Assembly (NCBI RefSeq): GCF_009914755.1
Contig: NC_060943.1
Length of the DNA: 64,000 nucleotides
DNA from: the human T2T-CHM13v2.0 reference genome, Homo sapiens
Direction: 5' to 3' (one strand)
Below, piece by piece: positions 1-29,193 of the stretch. Positions within the stretch are counted from its first letter, which is position 1. Each line of letters begins with the position of its first letter. The notes below the pieces were generated by a model, which searched no databases, had not been told where the DNA came from, and saw only the letters and a list, made by a program, of their open reading frames with translations. The position numbers and the translations under genes are program-made.

Positions 1-3190
<3,190 letters not shown>

Positions 3191-3227
3191 GTCAATTTTA
3201 CTTCGGCCTCTCTCATTGCTTCTGCAG

Positions 3228-3235
3228 GACTGTGA
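3228..3235 (+). CDS. CCL25: CCL25 last coding bases (split Gly codon, Leu, TGA)
   Basis: Polypyrimidine tract + ctgcag|GA CTG TGA matches the recalled CCL25 C-terminus ...ANSGL*; CCL25 is the known 3' neighbour of FBN3. Confidence 0.8.
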
Positions 3236-3660
3236 GCCGGCTCATTTCTGGGCTCCATCGGCACAGGAGGGGCCGGATCTTTCTCCGATAAAACCGTCGC
3301 CCTACAGACCCAGCTGTCCCCACGCCTCTGTCTTTTGGGTCAAGTCTTAATCCCTGCACCTGAGTTGGTCCTCCCTCTGCACCCCCACCACCTCCTGCCC
3401 GTCTGGCAACTGGAAAGAGGGAGTTGGCCTGATTTTAAGCCTTTTGCCGCTCCGGGAACCAGCAGCAATCCTGGGCAGCCAGTGGCTCTTGTAGAGAAGA
3501 CTTAGGATACCTCTCTCACTTTCTGTTTCTTGCCGTCCACCCCGGGCCATGCCAGTGTGTCCCTCTGGGTCCCTCCAAAACTCTGGTCAGTTCAAGGATG
3601 CCCCTCCCAGGCTATGCTTTTCTATAACTTTTAAATAAACCTTGGGGGGTGATGGAGTCA
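3236..3660 (+). other. CCL25: CCL25 3' UTR
   Basis: Unique non-repeat sequence between the stop and AATAAA. Confidence 0.75.
3634..3639 (+). terminator. CCL25: CCL25 poly(A) signal AATAAA
   Basis: AATAAA followed ~25-60 nt later by GT/T-rich sequence. Confidence 0.8.
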
Positions 3661-4169
3661 TTCCTGCCTGTTACATTTCTTTTTTCTTTTTTTTTCTTGC
3701 CTGTTACATTTCATGATGAGGTGCAAGTTGCTGCTGCCCTGCCCTGGGGTGAAGCCAATGCGATCTTTGCCACCCCAAGCTCTCCTAACAGACGGCTCTC
3801 CAGGGGCCAAGCATTGGTCACTGGTTGCAGAATGCACTTCCCAGCTGGTGACCTTAAACCAATTGCTGACTCTCTGGGTACCTCTCAGCTTGTCTGTAGA
3901 ATAAGAGTCACTGTGCTTGCTCTACTTAGATTCCAGGGCTGTGGTGAGTCCAGCCGATGGACACAGAAGCCCTCTGCAAGCTCTTATAGGCTGCCTGGAG
4001 GCCACTGGTAAGCCAGGACCAGACCAGGGACAGAGCTCTGGTACCAGGCGCTAGTGACAATTCTGCAGGTGGAGGCCTGAGTCACCACCCGATGATGCTG
4101 TCTTCAGTCCTTGGCAACCTCAGTTTCCATCACAACAGAGAATGATCTGGATGAAAACCAATGCACATT

Positions 4170-6250
<2,081 letters not shown>

Positions 6251-6409
6251 ATCGAATGGTGTCTGGTATGTAGTACGTGGTCAGGAAGCGTGAGCCATTA
6301 TTACCATTCTGGGGAGCCCATAAGGCCTTCTGCTTCCCCAGGCACAAGATCTGCCTCGCCCAGTCCGAGGGCAGCATCTACTTACTTCAAGAACTTGCCA
6401 AAGGGCAGG

Positions 6410-6931
6410 CAGACTTAACCCAAAATAACTTTATTATCGTCTCCACTTTTGATATAAAAGCATTCTCCAAATGGGGGGCAAATGTGGCAAGTCACTGTGG
6501 AGTCTGGGCCCCCTGTACACCCTTCTACTCCGAGGAATAAGCCCTGTGCCCACCCCAGTTGCCCATTGCCATGTCCTGCCAACCCCCTGCCCCCCGCCAG
6601 GGCAAGCCACAGTGCAGTACAGAAGTGAAAGCCTGAGATTGGCCAGACACGGTGACCACAGGGCCTCTTCCTGACCTTGGCTGTGGGGGCAGGGGGATTG
6701 CACATTGCAGCTTCTTGCTGTCTCCAGGAAAGACTGAGTAACTGGGGGGCCCCCGGGGCTGGCACAGAGGCCCAGGCAGAGGCCGGGCTTGCCTGAGGTT
6801 GTCGTGTAGCATTTCACTCTTCCTGAGTTTCGGGGTTCAATCTGGTCAGCCATCGCTTCTGGGGATCAGTCCTTCCCAGTTCCAGAATCCCCCTTCTCTG
6901 GACAGCTGGGGCCCACTGAGGCTCCTCCCAA
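6410..6931 (-). other. FBN3: FBN3 3' UTR (3' end approximate)
   Basis: Unique sequence between the stop and poly(A) signal. Confidence 0.75.
6430..6435 (-). terminator. FBN3: FBN3 poly(A) signal AATAAA
   Basis: tttatt on the + strand, ~500 nt downstream of the FBN3 stop. Confidence 0.8.
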
Positions 6932-7273
6932 CTAAAGCAACTGCAGCTGCACCTTCAGCCTCAAGGCCTGGCCCCATGGCCCTGGCTGCCCCTCTGGCTG
7001 GACACCCCAGGGTCCTGCCATGTGGCTCACCACCTCCAGCCGGTAGGTTCCAGGCCCCGGCCGCCTCCGCCCCAGCTGCAGGGAGCTGACGCCACGGAGG
7101 TGATGCATGCGAAAGAAACCTTGCTCGTTTCCGCGGACGATGACGTAGCGGATCCGGCCCTCTAGACCCTCCAGGGCCGGCCGGAGCTCCAGGATGCGCT
7201 CGGCCCGGCCCAGGTGTGAGAGGTTCAGGCCCAAGGTCAGCAGGGCCTCGGAGTCAAGGGTGGCCAGGTTCAC
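6932..7273 (-). CDS. FBN3: FBN3 terminal exon (C-terminal propeptide, 113 aa + TAG)
   Basis: cag|VNLATLDSEALLTLGLNLSHL...LRLKVQLQLL*; fibrillin C-terminal motifs (ILELRPALEGL, RYVIVRGNEQGFF, GTYRLEV). Confidence 0.95.
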   Translation of the reverse strand: MNLATLDSEALLTLGLNLSHLGRAERILELRPALEGLEGRIRYVIVRGNEQGFFRMHHLRGVSSLQLGRRRPGPGTYRLEVVSHMAGPWGVQPEGQPGPWGQALRLKVQLQLL

Positions 7274-7394
7274 CTGGGAAGAAAGGCCAGGTGTGTGGTC
7301 AGAGCCCAGGAGAATCGGGATGTGGTGTGGGTAGGGGGTCCTCGGATTGTGGCCAAAGAGGAGATTCTGGCCAATCTCTAAAGTGAAGGAAAGA

Positions 7395-8035
<641 letters not shown>

Positions 8036-8039
8036 AAAA

Positions 8040-12055
<4,016 letters not shown>

Positions 12056-13060
12056 GTGGCATCTACACCTCCCAGGGTTGTCATAAACATTGAGAGGCTG
12101 TGAACAGAGAGCACTTGGAGTGATACCTGCATACAGCAGGTGTTTAATACATTTTTGGCTTTCAGATCCCTTGGGTGATGGCTGCAGGACTGACCCATAG
12201 TCAGGGACTCTTCAGTTGAGGGGCAAGCAGCTGGCATCTGTGGCAAAAATGCCCTCTCTGCACACCTTGATGGGGTGGCCCGAGAGGGAAGGAGGGATGG
12301 AGCCATAGGCCTGCCCTACGGCTACTGAGTGGTGTGTTGAAGATCCCTGAGATTCCTAGAGACAAGGCAGGTTCAGGAACTCCAGGAGCACCTCAGGCAC
12401 AAGAGGGGTACAGGGCAGATGCTGAGTGGGTATGTCAGGTTGGGGCCCTGGGGCTCCTAAGGGGAGCCTCTGCTGGGGTCCCCAGAGAAAAGACTCACCT
12501 CCCCAAGGCTCAGACAGGGAAGGGGCTTGGGCTTAACTTGGCCTAAGGGTTTGTGAGAACAGCCCAGAGGGATGCACAGAAGAGTTGAGATGGGCAGAGC
12601 TGTGGTACAAAGGCCACTTAGGGCCCCATTGGAACTAAATCCCAAAAGGTCCCAAGGGAGGCCTTCACCAACCAGGAGGTGAGGGGGTGACAGATTCCAG
12701 GGTGCAGGCAGGGTTGGAGGGGCCCAGGTATTTCCCTGCATCCAAGTGCCTTTATAAAAGGGACCCATAGAAAGCATCACAGCCCGGCCAGGGTCTGTAT
12801 GGAAGACGCCTGACTTGTCACCAGGAGTGAGGCAGAGTGTCCGGGAGATGTGTCCCCCAGAGACCCCCCCCAAGAAAAATCCCAGGGCTGAGAAAGCACA
12901 AGAAGGCCCTAAGCCGGCACCATGACATGGGGAACCTGTTGGGATCTGGAGCCTGGTGCTCCTTCTTGGGGGGGCTGACATGACTAAGTCGGGTCCACAG
13001 CCTCTTTCCCACACTCACCCATTCCCTGGCCACCCCTGCCTAGTGCAGCACCCATGTCAC

Positions 13061-13211
13061 CTGGTGGTCCCTGTGGGCACTGCGTCGTGGCCGGTCCCGA
13101 GGGGAGAGGCCATTGATCTTGCATTCGTAGCAGGCTTCAGACGAGAGCAGCTCCTCTTTGTCCGGGGTGTCCTGGGGTCCGGGGCTGAAGCCCAGGCCGG
13201 AGACACAGTGC
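13061..13211 (-). CDS. FBN3: FBN3 penultimate exon (C-terminal CYEC motif + furin site RPRR)
   Basis: ag|(G)[50 protein letters not shown]|gtgaca; 151 nt. Confidence 0.95.
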
Positions 13212-13720
13212 CTGGGCCAGGATGGGCAGGGTGGAGGGGTTTCAGAGGCGGGCTGATGGGACCTCCCCAGCCACGCCGCTCCACCCCATACTCCGTTCTG
13301 AGTCATGCTGCAAATGCCCACGCACACAAATGCCTCTGAGCATGTGCTGGTGTGGCTCCGTGTGCACGAGTGTGTGTGCACCACATAAGGGTGTGCATGT
13401 GTGTCCCTTGGTTCATTTGGGCATAGGTGTGAACACAGGAGTGAGAGGACGTGCACAGGCTGGGATGGATGAATGGACATGAGCATACCCAGGGGCATGT
13501 GCGTGTGCCAACCTGTGTGTTCACATGGGGAATAACTCATGCAGGCACATGTGTGCTCGTAGGAATGTGTGAATCTCCCTGAGTGTGCCTGGGGATGTGT
13601 GTATAGTGTGAGCACTCACAGATGGCTGACGCGTGCTTCCTCACCTGTGCAAACCAGGATGTAGCAATGGCACTGTGCCCCCAGGGATGTGGGCATGCAT
13701 GAGCCTGAGTGCACACTGGG

Positions 13721-13732
13721 ACATGCGCGCGT

Positions 13733-13765
<33 letters not shown>

Positions 13766-13983
13766 TGCATGCTGGGATCTGTAAATGCACAAGGGTGCCC
13801 ACGCATGCTGGTACGGGTGTGTGCCATGTGGACAACTACATGTGAGTGCTGTGAGGATGTGTGTGAATAGATACAGGTGCCACTGTACCTCTGCGTGTCC
13901 AGGACTCTGTGCATATGTGGGCAAATGCCTGCATGCACAGGCTGAAGGAGCTCTTCTGGTAAATTCTTGGCATGCACAAAGCC

Positions 13984-14032
<49 letters not shown>

Positions 14033-14040
14033 CGTGCATG
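13721..14040. repeat. (CA)14 at 13734-13761 and (GT)21 at 13986-14027 within a degenerate RY-rich intron
   Basis: Counted from sequence. Confidence 0.95.
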
Positions 14041-14087
14041 GATGCTTGTGGGGCATGGAGTCTGCTTGCCCCACTCCAGCCTCTCAC

Positions 14088-14322
14088 CCTTGCCCAGCCC
14101 GGAAGTAGCCTTGAGGACAGCCGCACAGGAAGCCACCAGGCGTGTTGGCACAGCTGTAGCTACAGGGGCCACGCCGTCCGGCGCACTCATCCACATCCTG
14201 GCAGCCCCCGAGGGCCTGATCAAAGTCAAAGCCAGAGGGGCAGACGCAGCGGAAGCCACCAAGAGTGTTGCGACAGGAGGCGCTCCCGCAGGTGGGGGGC
14301 GACAGGGCACACTCATTCTCAT
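14088..14322 (-). CDS. FBN3: FBN3 exon, last two cbEGF
   Basis: [17 protein letters not shown]...[16 protein letters not shown]...YFRAGQG; 235 nt, AG/GT. Confidence 0.95.
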
Positions 14323-14569
14323 CTGTGGGAGGAAAGGAGGAGGAGAGGGAGGACGCAGAGGTGGGGCAGTGCAGCCTTCACACCCCCAGAGCCCTCCACC
14401 TGGAATGCTGTATGTTCAGAGCCCAAGTCCAATGCCAAACTCTTCAGCAAGCTGGCAGTGAGCCCTGAGACTAGATCGGCCCCATAGCCCCGCTGCCCCA
14501 AACCCTGTGGTTCTCCTTCACAACATCTCTCAACACTTCCCCTAAACCCCAAAATGTGGGATGATCTAG

Positions 14570-15070
14570 AACAAGCTTTCTCACCCTCAGTGCTATTGAC
14601 ACTTGGGGCCAGATCATTCTCTAGGGAGGAGGCCTCCTTGCACTGTGGGACATTGAACAGCATCCCTGGCTTCCACCCGCTTGACACCAGGAAAACCTAT
14701 CTGCCTCCAATTGTCTGTTTGGAGTTGGGAGTCTCACTCTGTTGCCCAGGCTGGAGTGCAGTGGTGCAACCATAGTGCACTGCAGCCTTGACGTCCTGGG
14801 CTCAAGGGATCCTCCTGCCTCAGCCTCCTGAGTAGCTGGGACTACAGGTGTGCACCAACATGCCTGGCTAATCTTTTAACTTTTTGTAGAGATGGGGGGT
14901 CTTGCTATGTTGCCTAGGCTGGTCTTGAACTCCTGGCCTCAAATGATCCCCCTACCTCAATATCCCACAAGAGTGAACTACCATGGCGGATCCCAATTGT
15001 GATGATCAAAAATGTCTCGCAGACACTTCAAAATGTACTATGGGGGTAAAATGGTCCTCTGTTGAGAACC
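14570..15070. mobile_element. MER20-like DNA transposon split by an antisense Alu
   Basis: ttctcaccctcagtgctattgacacttggggccagatcattct...aaaatgtctcgcagacac...gttgagaacc. Confidence 0.75.
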
Positions 15071-16095
15071 TAGTTAGGGGTCTAATTAATCTCTGTTTCC
15101 TTTGCTGGACTGAAAAACTCAAGGCAGAAATGGTTTTTCAGCTCACTTCTGCATCTGAGCTCAGGGCCTAGTGAAAGGCAGGTCCTTGGCAAACAGTTGG
15201 GGAAAGAATGAATGAGTCAGTACGGGGGGAGGAAACAAGTTGAGGAAGAGTTGCCAGCAAAGGCCAATGGTCTGTGGGATCCCCAAGATCCCCAGGGGAC
15301 AAGCAGCTTGCCTGGGGGGTGGGGTCGTGTGGTGTGGGAAGCCCAAGAAGAACTTAGCTAAAGACCCACCATGACAGACAAAAGGAGGGGGCAGAGAAGG
15401 CAGTGCCTGTGAGGCAGTGGGAGAGCAGGGATAGCCACATCACAAAGGCCACAGGAGAGAGTGTCCAGGAGCCTGAAGGGGCAGACTGTGGTGCCCAGAG
15501 CAGTGGAGGTAGAGGATGGAGGCCGAGGAGAGGTCTCAGGAGAGAGCAAGTGGGCCTGAAAATGGTAGAGGGTGAAAGCTGCACTGCAGTGGAGGAATGA
15601 AAAGAGCAGTGAAAGAGGCTGCTAGGAGGTCCTAGAGCAGCCAGAAGATGGGGGAAGGTTGGGGGGCAGAAGGCTAGCCCCCCAAATGGAGGGCCTCTGC
15701 AACAGCTATGGCAATGATATAGCATGCACACCTCCATTGCCCCTTGCAGCATCCATAGCAGACATCACTAATCACACTCGTGGCAGACATCACTAATCAA
15801 TCACAGCACTCTTTCCCTGTGATCACAAAATTGCAGACTTCAGGTCTCAGAATCTTTCTCAACTGAGTCCTCCAGGCCACCATGCCCTAAGGAATGAACT
15901 CAGACACTTTTTGATGCTTATTCTGCTGCACCTTGACTCCCCAGCAGTGGGGAACTCACTACCTTCTGGGCTGGCCTGTTCAATCTTTAGATAATTGTGC
16001 TTGTCACATCATCTTGCAGGGTGGCGTCTGTTAGTCGCCTGCTCTGAGCAGATTCTGGTGGAGGGCCCAGCTTCTTCCCAGCCCTTTTCACTCAC

Positions 16096-16215
16096 CCACA
16101 CACTGGGCCCACTGGGAGTGCTGGGTGAAACCCTGGGGGCAGCTGCAGCGGTAGCCCCCTAGCTGGTTCTGACAGCCATGCTGGCAGCGGTGGGGCCCAT
16201 CACATTCATTCACAT
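16096..16215 (-). CDS. FBN3: FBN3 cbEGF exon
   Basis: [40 protein letters not shown]; 120 nt. Confidence 0.95.
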
Positions 16216-16307
16216 CTGAGACATAGAGAGAGGGAGAGAGGGTTTACCAGACGGCTCTCAGGACCAACACCCCCAAACACTAGACCCCAGCCAAAGCTGG
16301 GCTGTAC

Positions 16308-16436
16308 CTTCACAGCCATGGCCTGAGCTGACCAGGGTGAAGCCTTGGTGGCATTCACAGCGGAAGCTGCCCGGGGTGTTGTGGCAGTGCCCGTGGGCAC
16401 CACATGGGCCAGGCTGGGCTGAGCACTCATCATTGT
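16308..16436 (-). CDS. FBN3: FBN3 cbEGF exon
   Basis: [43 protein letters not shown]; 129 nt. Confidence 0.95.
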
Positions 16437-16923
16437 CTGCAGAGGAGAGAGATCAGGCAGGGTTGCCTGCTGGTTAAGGAACTCGTGTCAGGTGACACAA
16501 TGCCAGTCCCACCACTGTGTGGCTTCAGGCAAGTTGCTCACCCTCTCTGTGCCTGTTTCCCACTCTGTGAAATGAGATCTGTAACAGTTCCTGACTCAGA
16601 ATAGGCACCAATGTTTGAGATCCTGCACATAAAGAATCTCATCTCCACCGCCTCGAAGCTGTGTGTCCTTGGGCAACTTACCTACCCTCTCTGTGCCTCG
16701 ATGTCCTCAGCTGTATATGGAGATGATAATGTCTACCTCATTGCATTTTTGTGTGCATGCGAGAATTAAATTAACCTAATCATGTAAAAGGCTTAGGGCA
16801 GTGCCCGGTAAAAGAGTAAAAGATAAACAAAGCCTCTTTTCCTTCTCCCATGGAAAAATGACATAGGGTTGCCTGTTGAGTTTTGTTCCCATGGAAACCT
16901 GACAATAGTGTGAGGTCAGCCGG

Positions 16924-21962
<5,039 letters not shown>

Positions 21963-22039
21963 TGATATTTTTTTGGTGAGCAAAATAACTAATGCTGGGG
22001 TCATGGGTCACCTCCCGGTGAGGGGCAAGGGTCACTCAC

Positions 22040-22156
22040 CGAAGCAGGCCTGGTGGTGCTGGGTGAAGCCGGGTGGACAGCGGCAGGTGAAGGCGCCCAC
22101 AGTGTTGACACAGAGGAACTGACAGTTGTGCTGCCGGGAGGTGCATTCGTCCAGGT
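22040..22156 (-). CDS. FBN3: FBN3 cbEGF exon
   Basis: [39 protein letters not shown]; 117 nt. Confidence 0.95.
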
Positions 22157-22394
22157 CTGCAGCACGGATGGTCCAGCAGGCTCAGGGCAGGGCCCAGTGG
22201 GGGATTAGGGGCTTCCCAGGGGCTGCCCTTGCCACCTCCAGGCAGAGGGGTGACAAGAGAAAGACCCCGGAGATGGTGCTTGACTCCATGCAGATGGGAG
22301 GGGGTGAGATTGCAGGGGACATGTCTTGGGCATCCCTTTGGGGCCCTAGACTGCATGCAGTGGTGGGAGTGGGGGAGAGTTGAAAGGACATCAC

Positions 22395-22517
22395 CTTTGC
22401 AGGTCCTGCCATCCTCCTCCAGCAGGTAGCCTCGGGGACAGCTGCACAGGAAACTGCCCTTCGTGTTTTTGCAGAGGAAGGTACATGGCTTGGGGACCTG
22501 GCTGCACTCATCCATAT
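22395..22517 (-). CDS. FBN3: FBN3 cbEGF exon
   Basis: [41 protein letters not shown]; 123 nt. Confidence 0.95.
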
Positions 22518-22923
22518 CTGGGGAAGGACAGCGTGGGTAGTGGGGCGGGGTTAGACAGACATTCCCTGGGGGTGTTCAGGGACTGAGGTCTCCACCAGAC
22601 CCCGACCATCTGAAATCTGTGGACTTACACAGGAATGAACACTTCTTTCTGCAAAAAGCCAGATGGGAAATACATTTGGTTTTGCAGGCCACACCATCTC
22701 AGATACAACTACTCCATGTGGCCTTTGTACTAGCAAAGCAGCCATTGAGGGTAAGCAGACAAATGTGCATGGCTGTGTGCTAATAAAACTTTATTGACAA
22801 GAACAAATGGAGGGCCAGACTTGACCCTCGGGCTAGAGTTTTCTTCCCGCTGACTTAGATGTACGCTTGCTACAAAACACAACTGAAAAATATCAGGATG
22901 TGCAAAATAAAAGGAAGAAATAA

Positions 22924-23148
<225 letters not shown>

Positions 23149-23304
23149 TAACACCTGGCTAATTTTTTTTCTTTTCTCTTTTTTTTAGTAGAGACGGTTT
23201 CATGATGTTGGCCAGGCTGGTCTCAAACTCCTGGCCTCAAGTGATCCTTCTGCCTCAGCCTCCCAAAGTGTGCTGGGATTACAGGCGTGAGCCACCTCAC
23301 TTGG

Positions 23305-23525
23305 CCTTCCTTCCCTTCCTTCCTCTCCCTTTCTCTCTTTCTCCCTCTCTTTCTCTTTCTTTCTTTCTGTTTCTTTCTCTTTCTTTCTGTCTCTCTCTCT
23401 TTCTTTTTTCTTTCTCTTCTTTCTTCTCTTTTTTCTCTTTCTCCCCTTTCTCTTTGTTTCTTTCTCTCTCTCTCTCTTCCTTCCTTCCCTTCCCTTCCTT
23501 CCTTCCTTCCTTCCATTTCTTTCTT
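23305..23525. repeat. Polypyrimidine (CT/CCTT) tract between antisense Alus
   Basis: ~220 nt almost pure C/T. Confidence 0.9.
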
Positions 23526-23527
23526 GA

Positions 23528-23848
<321 letters not shown>

Positions 23849-24259
23849 TAAGAGACAGGGTCTCACTCTGTCACCCAGGCTGGACTGCAGTGGCACAATC
23901 ATAGCTCACTGCAGCCTCAGACTCCTGAGCTCAAGCAGCCTCCCAAGTAGCTGGGGCTACAGGCGCATGTGGGACTACAGGCCACCATCCTGGCTAATTT
24001 TTTTTAGCGATGGGGTCTTGCTACGTTGCTATGGAACTCCTGGTCTCAAGTGATCCTCCCACCTCGACCTCCCAAAATACTGGGATTACAGTAGCGAGCC
24101 ATCACACCTGGCCCTCAGTTGTCTGTATGGTTTGGGCACCACTTTGTAAATGAAAGCCTAACATTGCAAACTGGAAAGTCTCAGGGAAGTTGAGTTCAGG
24201 GGCTGCACAGAAGGTGGCCAGGCTGGGCCAAGGGTGCAGGTGCAGAGGGCTGGGCTCAC

Positions 24260-24385
24260 CCAGGCAGGTAGTAGCAGTAGCATCCGGTGTGTACCCGGCC
24301 TGACAGTGGCAGCGGAAGGAGCCAAGGCTGTTGATGCACTCCCCATGAGCACACAGGTGAGCAAGCATACGGCATTCATCTACAT
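24260..24385 (-). CDS. FBN3: FBN3 cbEGF exon
   Basis: DVDECRMLAHLCAHGECINSLGSFRCHCQAGYTPDATATTCL; 126 nt. Confidence 0.95.
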
Positions 24386-24690
24386 CTGGGAAAAAGTAGG
24401 GTGCAAATGGGGCTGGCTGGCTGCTTCGCGCCTCCACCGAGGCATGTCTCCTTCTCTCTGCCCAGCAGCCGTCTCCTCGGAGGAAAGTCCAGCCTCCCTT
24501 CCACACCGGCCACTGCACCCCAGCCCACGTGGACCCCATCCTCAGGCTGCGGATGACACCTGAGCCCGCAGGACACGCCCATGAAGCTTCCAGGGAAGGG
24601 GACTCACACCCACCCCTCCCCAGCCTCAACAGCGACACCTCCTCAGTGCACCAACATGCAGAACAGAGACACACAGTGCATGCAACATGA

Positions 24691-25095
<405 letters not shown>

Positions 25096-25386
25096 TGAGC
25101 CACCGCGGCCCTCCCCAGTCCTGTTGATGCCACTGCTGGTCACATGGATAACCCATCTCACTATCAGTGACACACTCAGTGAGACGCACTGATGTCCTTA
25201 TGCTCGCTCACACGCAGACACTCACATACCTGCCCTTGTACACTCACCCAAGTCCACAACACACAGGCCGCTGGCTCCCTCTCACTGCCTTCTACTTCAC
25301 AGATGAACATGGTGTATACTTCTCACCCAGCTGACACACACAGACACACACCAGCTCCCACGCAGTCCGGAACGAGCTCTCACTCA

Positions 25387-25804
<418 letters not shown>

Positions 25805-25884
25805 TGACCAGGGTGTTCTCAAACTCCTGACCTCAGGTGATCCGGCCGCCTCAGCCTCCCAAAGTGCTGGGATTACAAGTGTGA

Positions 25885-26070
<186 letters not shown>

Positions 26071-26232
26071 TGAGCTGAGATTGCACCACTGCACTCCAGC
26101 CTGGGTGTCAAAGTGAGACTCTGTCTCAGAACACATACACACACATTGGCTCACACAACTGCTCCCTCAACCCCCCGAGTTCTTCCATGCATATGGTGCA
26201 CACGTACTGGTTCTCATATCTGCTAGCACAAA

Positions 26233-26234
<2 letters not shown>

Positions 26235-26270
<36 letters not shown>
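26235..26270. repeat. (CA)18 microsatellite, probably D19S884
   Basis: Perfect CA repeat 105 nt into the intron after the TB7 exon (coding exon 55 if the last is 63), matching the recalled D19S884 position. Confidence 0.8.
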
Positions 26271-26272
<2 letters not shown>

Positions 26273-26375
26273 GTGGCTCACACATTCCAGCACCTGCTGC
26301 AGTACAGACACATGACCCTGAGCAAACTCCCCCGTTTCTTGCCTCCCTGGGGGTCCTGAGGGCATGGGCACCCAC

Positions 26376-26582
26376 CTCGGCCCTCAGCAGTGTAGCCTGA
26401 GCCATGGGGGCACAGCTTCCTGTAGGCAGAGGTGCCGGGCAGGGGACAGAGCTCGCAGCGGGGCCCCCAGCCCCGGCCACCCCCACAGCAGCACTCGGCC
26501 CTGGTGACAGCCTCACTGCTGCTGGACAGAGACCGGCACATGGTCTGCAGCACCTCGGCAAAGCAGGGCCCCTGCCGGATGT
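26376..26582 (-). CDS. FBN3: FBN3 TB7 (8-Cys) exon
   Basis: [16 protein letters not shown]...[19 protein letters not shown]...[14 protein letters not shown]; 207 nt. Confidence 0.95.
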
Positions 26583-26978
26583 CTGCAGAGAACAATGGGA
26601 AAGACAACGGTCACTCCAGGAGGCTGGTTTGGGGGCAAAGACTGAGCTTGCTTTGGGGCAAGCTGTATTTTGGGGGTGTTGGGGACAGGGGTGTCCAGGA
26701 GGGAGTTGGATACACAGGACAGATGGCCCTAGTGGGTCACCGGCTGGGGTTAGCTCCCCAGAAGTGGGAGATCTGGGGAAGGTTGGTTCCAGGGTGTGGC
26801 GCCAGTAAGTTGGAGGAGGCATGGAGGGAGCGTCCCGCTCTTCCAGTATTTAACAGAAGGGACAGAGGGAAGAGGGGCAGCAGGGGAGCACTGGACATGT
26901 GTGTCCGGATTAGCTCAGCAACCCCCTGGGTTGCCCGTCAGTGCCGCAGGCCCCGTCCCTGCCTTGGAGGGCTCCCAG

Positions 26979-27162
26979 ACAGTGGGAGGGACAGGCAGTG
27001 GGAGGGACAGGCAGTGGGGGGACAGGCAGTGGGAGGGACAGGCAGTGGGAGGGACAGGCAGTGGGGGGAACAGGCAGTGGAGGGAACAGGCAGTGGGAGG
27101 GACAGGGAGTGAAGGGGGCAGGCAGTGGGGGGAACAGGCAGTGGGGGGGGACAGGCAGTGGG
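26979..27162 (+). repeat. G-rich 16-bp minisatellite (GGGACAGGCAGTGGGR), ~11 units
   Basis: Tandem caggcagtgg cores about every 16 nt. Confidence 0.95.
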
Positions 27163-27212
27163 TGCCACATGGTAGGTGGTTGCAACCACTGTGCGTGTCC
27201 AGCCACACTCAC

Positions 27213-28231
<1,019 letters not shown>

Positions 28232-28610
28232 TGACCAGAGACAGATGGTCAGTCAAGGCCAGGCACCCTATGGCTGTGGGGACCTGGATTCCACCCTGCG
28301 TCAGCCCTGTGGGACCTGAGTGAGTTCCCTGCAGACCCTGTCAAATGTCTATCCCTCTTAGGAAGGGAGCCCCCAGCTCCTGCCCAGCCCCAGCCTCCAA
28401 GAAGCTGAGGGAATCAGGAATTGTCCCCCAAAGCTTGCATCCCCTGCCCATGTCAGGGTCTGTGAGTCTGCTCATGGCCCCTGGAACACTGACCCTGAAA
28501 CAGCCCCAGAGACACTGAGTCCCAGACCAGGGTCTCCCACGCTTGACACTATGAACATTTGGGATAGGAAAGTTCTTTGCGGTGGGCGGCTGTTCTGTGT
28601 GCATTGCAGG

Positions 28611-28750
<140 letters not shown>

Positions 28751-28838
28751 TAGCTGGGATTACAGGCGTGTGCCACCATGCCCAGCTAATTTTGTATTTT
28801 TAGTAGAGACAGGGTTTTACCATATTAGTCAGGCCTAC

Positions 28839-28961
28839 CTCGACACATGGCCCCGTCCTCCCGCAGGGTGTAGCCGGCTGGACAGGTGCACAGGTAGGAG
28901 CCCTCGGTATTGTGGCAGCGGAAGGCACAGAGCAGCGGGTTCAGGGAGCATTCGTCGATGT
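28839..28961 (-). CDS. FBN3: FBN3 cbEGF exon
   Basis: [41 protein letters not shown]; 123 nt. Confidence 0.95.
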
Positions 28962-29073
28962 CTGGGGAGGCCAGTGGAGGTGCCAGCTGGGTAGGGACTG
29001 AGGGCGGGACCTCCACTCCCTCCCCCAGGCATCTCCGTCACACGGCCCAGGTCCTGGGCAAGCAGAGTTGTAC

Positions 29074-29193
29074 CCTCGCAGGTCATCATGAGGCCAGGCT
29101 CAAAGCCGTCAGCACAGGCACATTCGAAGCCTCCGATGACATTGGTGCATGTCCCTTGCCCACAGGGGTGGCCGACAGAGCACTCGTCTGTGT
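29074..29193 (-). CDS. FBN3: FBN3 cbEGF exon
   Basis: [40 protein letters not shown]; 120 nt. Confidence 0.95.

Noticed and set aside
12625-12765. ATTGG plus tttataaaag as an intronic promoter
   Set aside because: Short motifs expected by chance; no CpG island or downstream ORF support
15759-15803. Direct repeat gcagacatcactaatca
   Set aside because: Short duplication inside an apparent old DNA-transposon fragment
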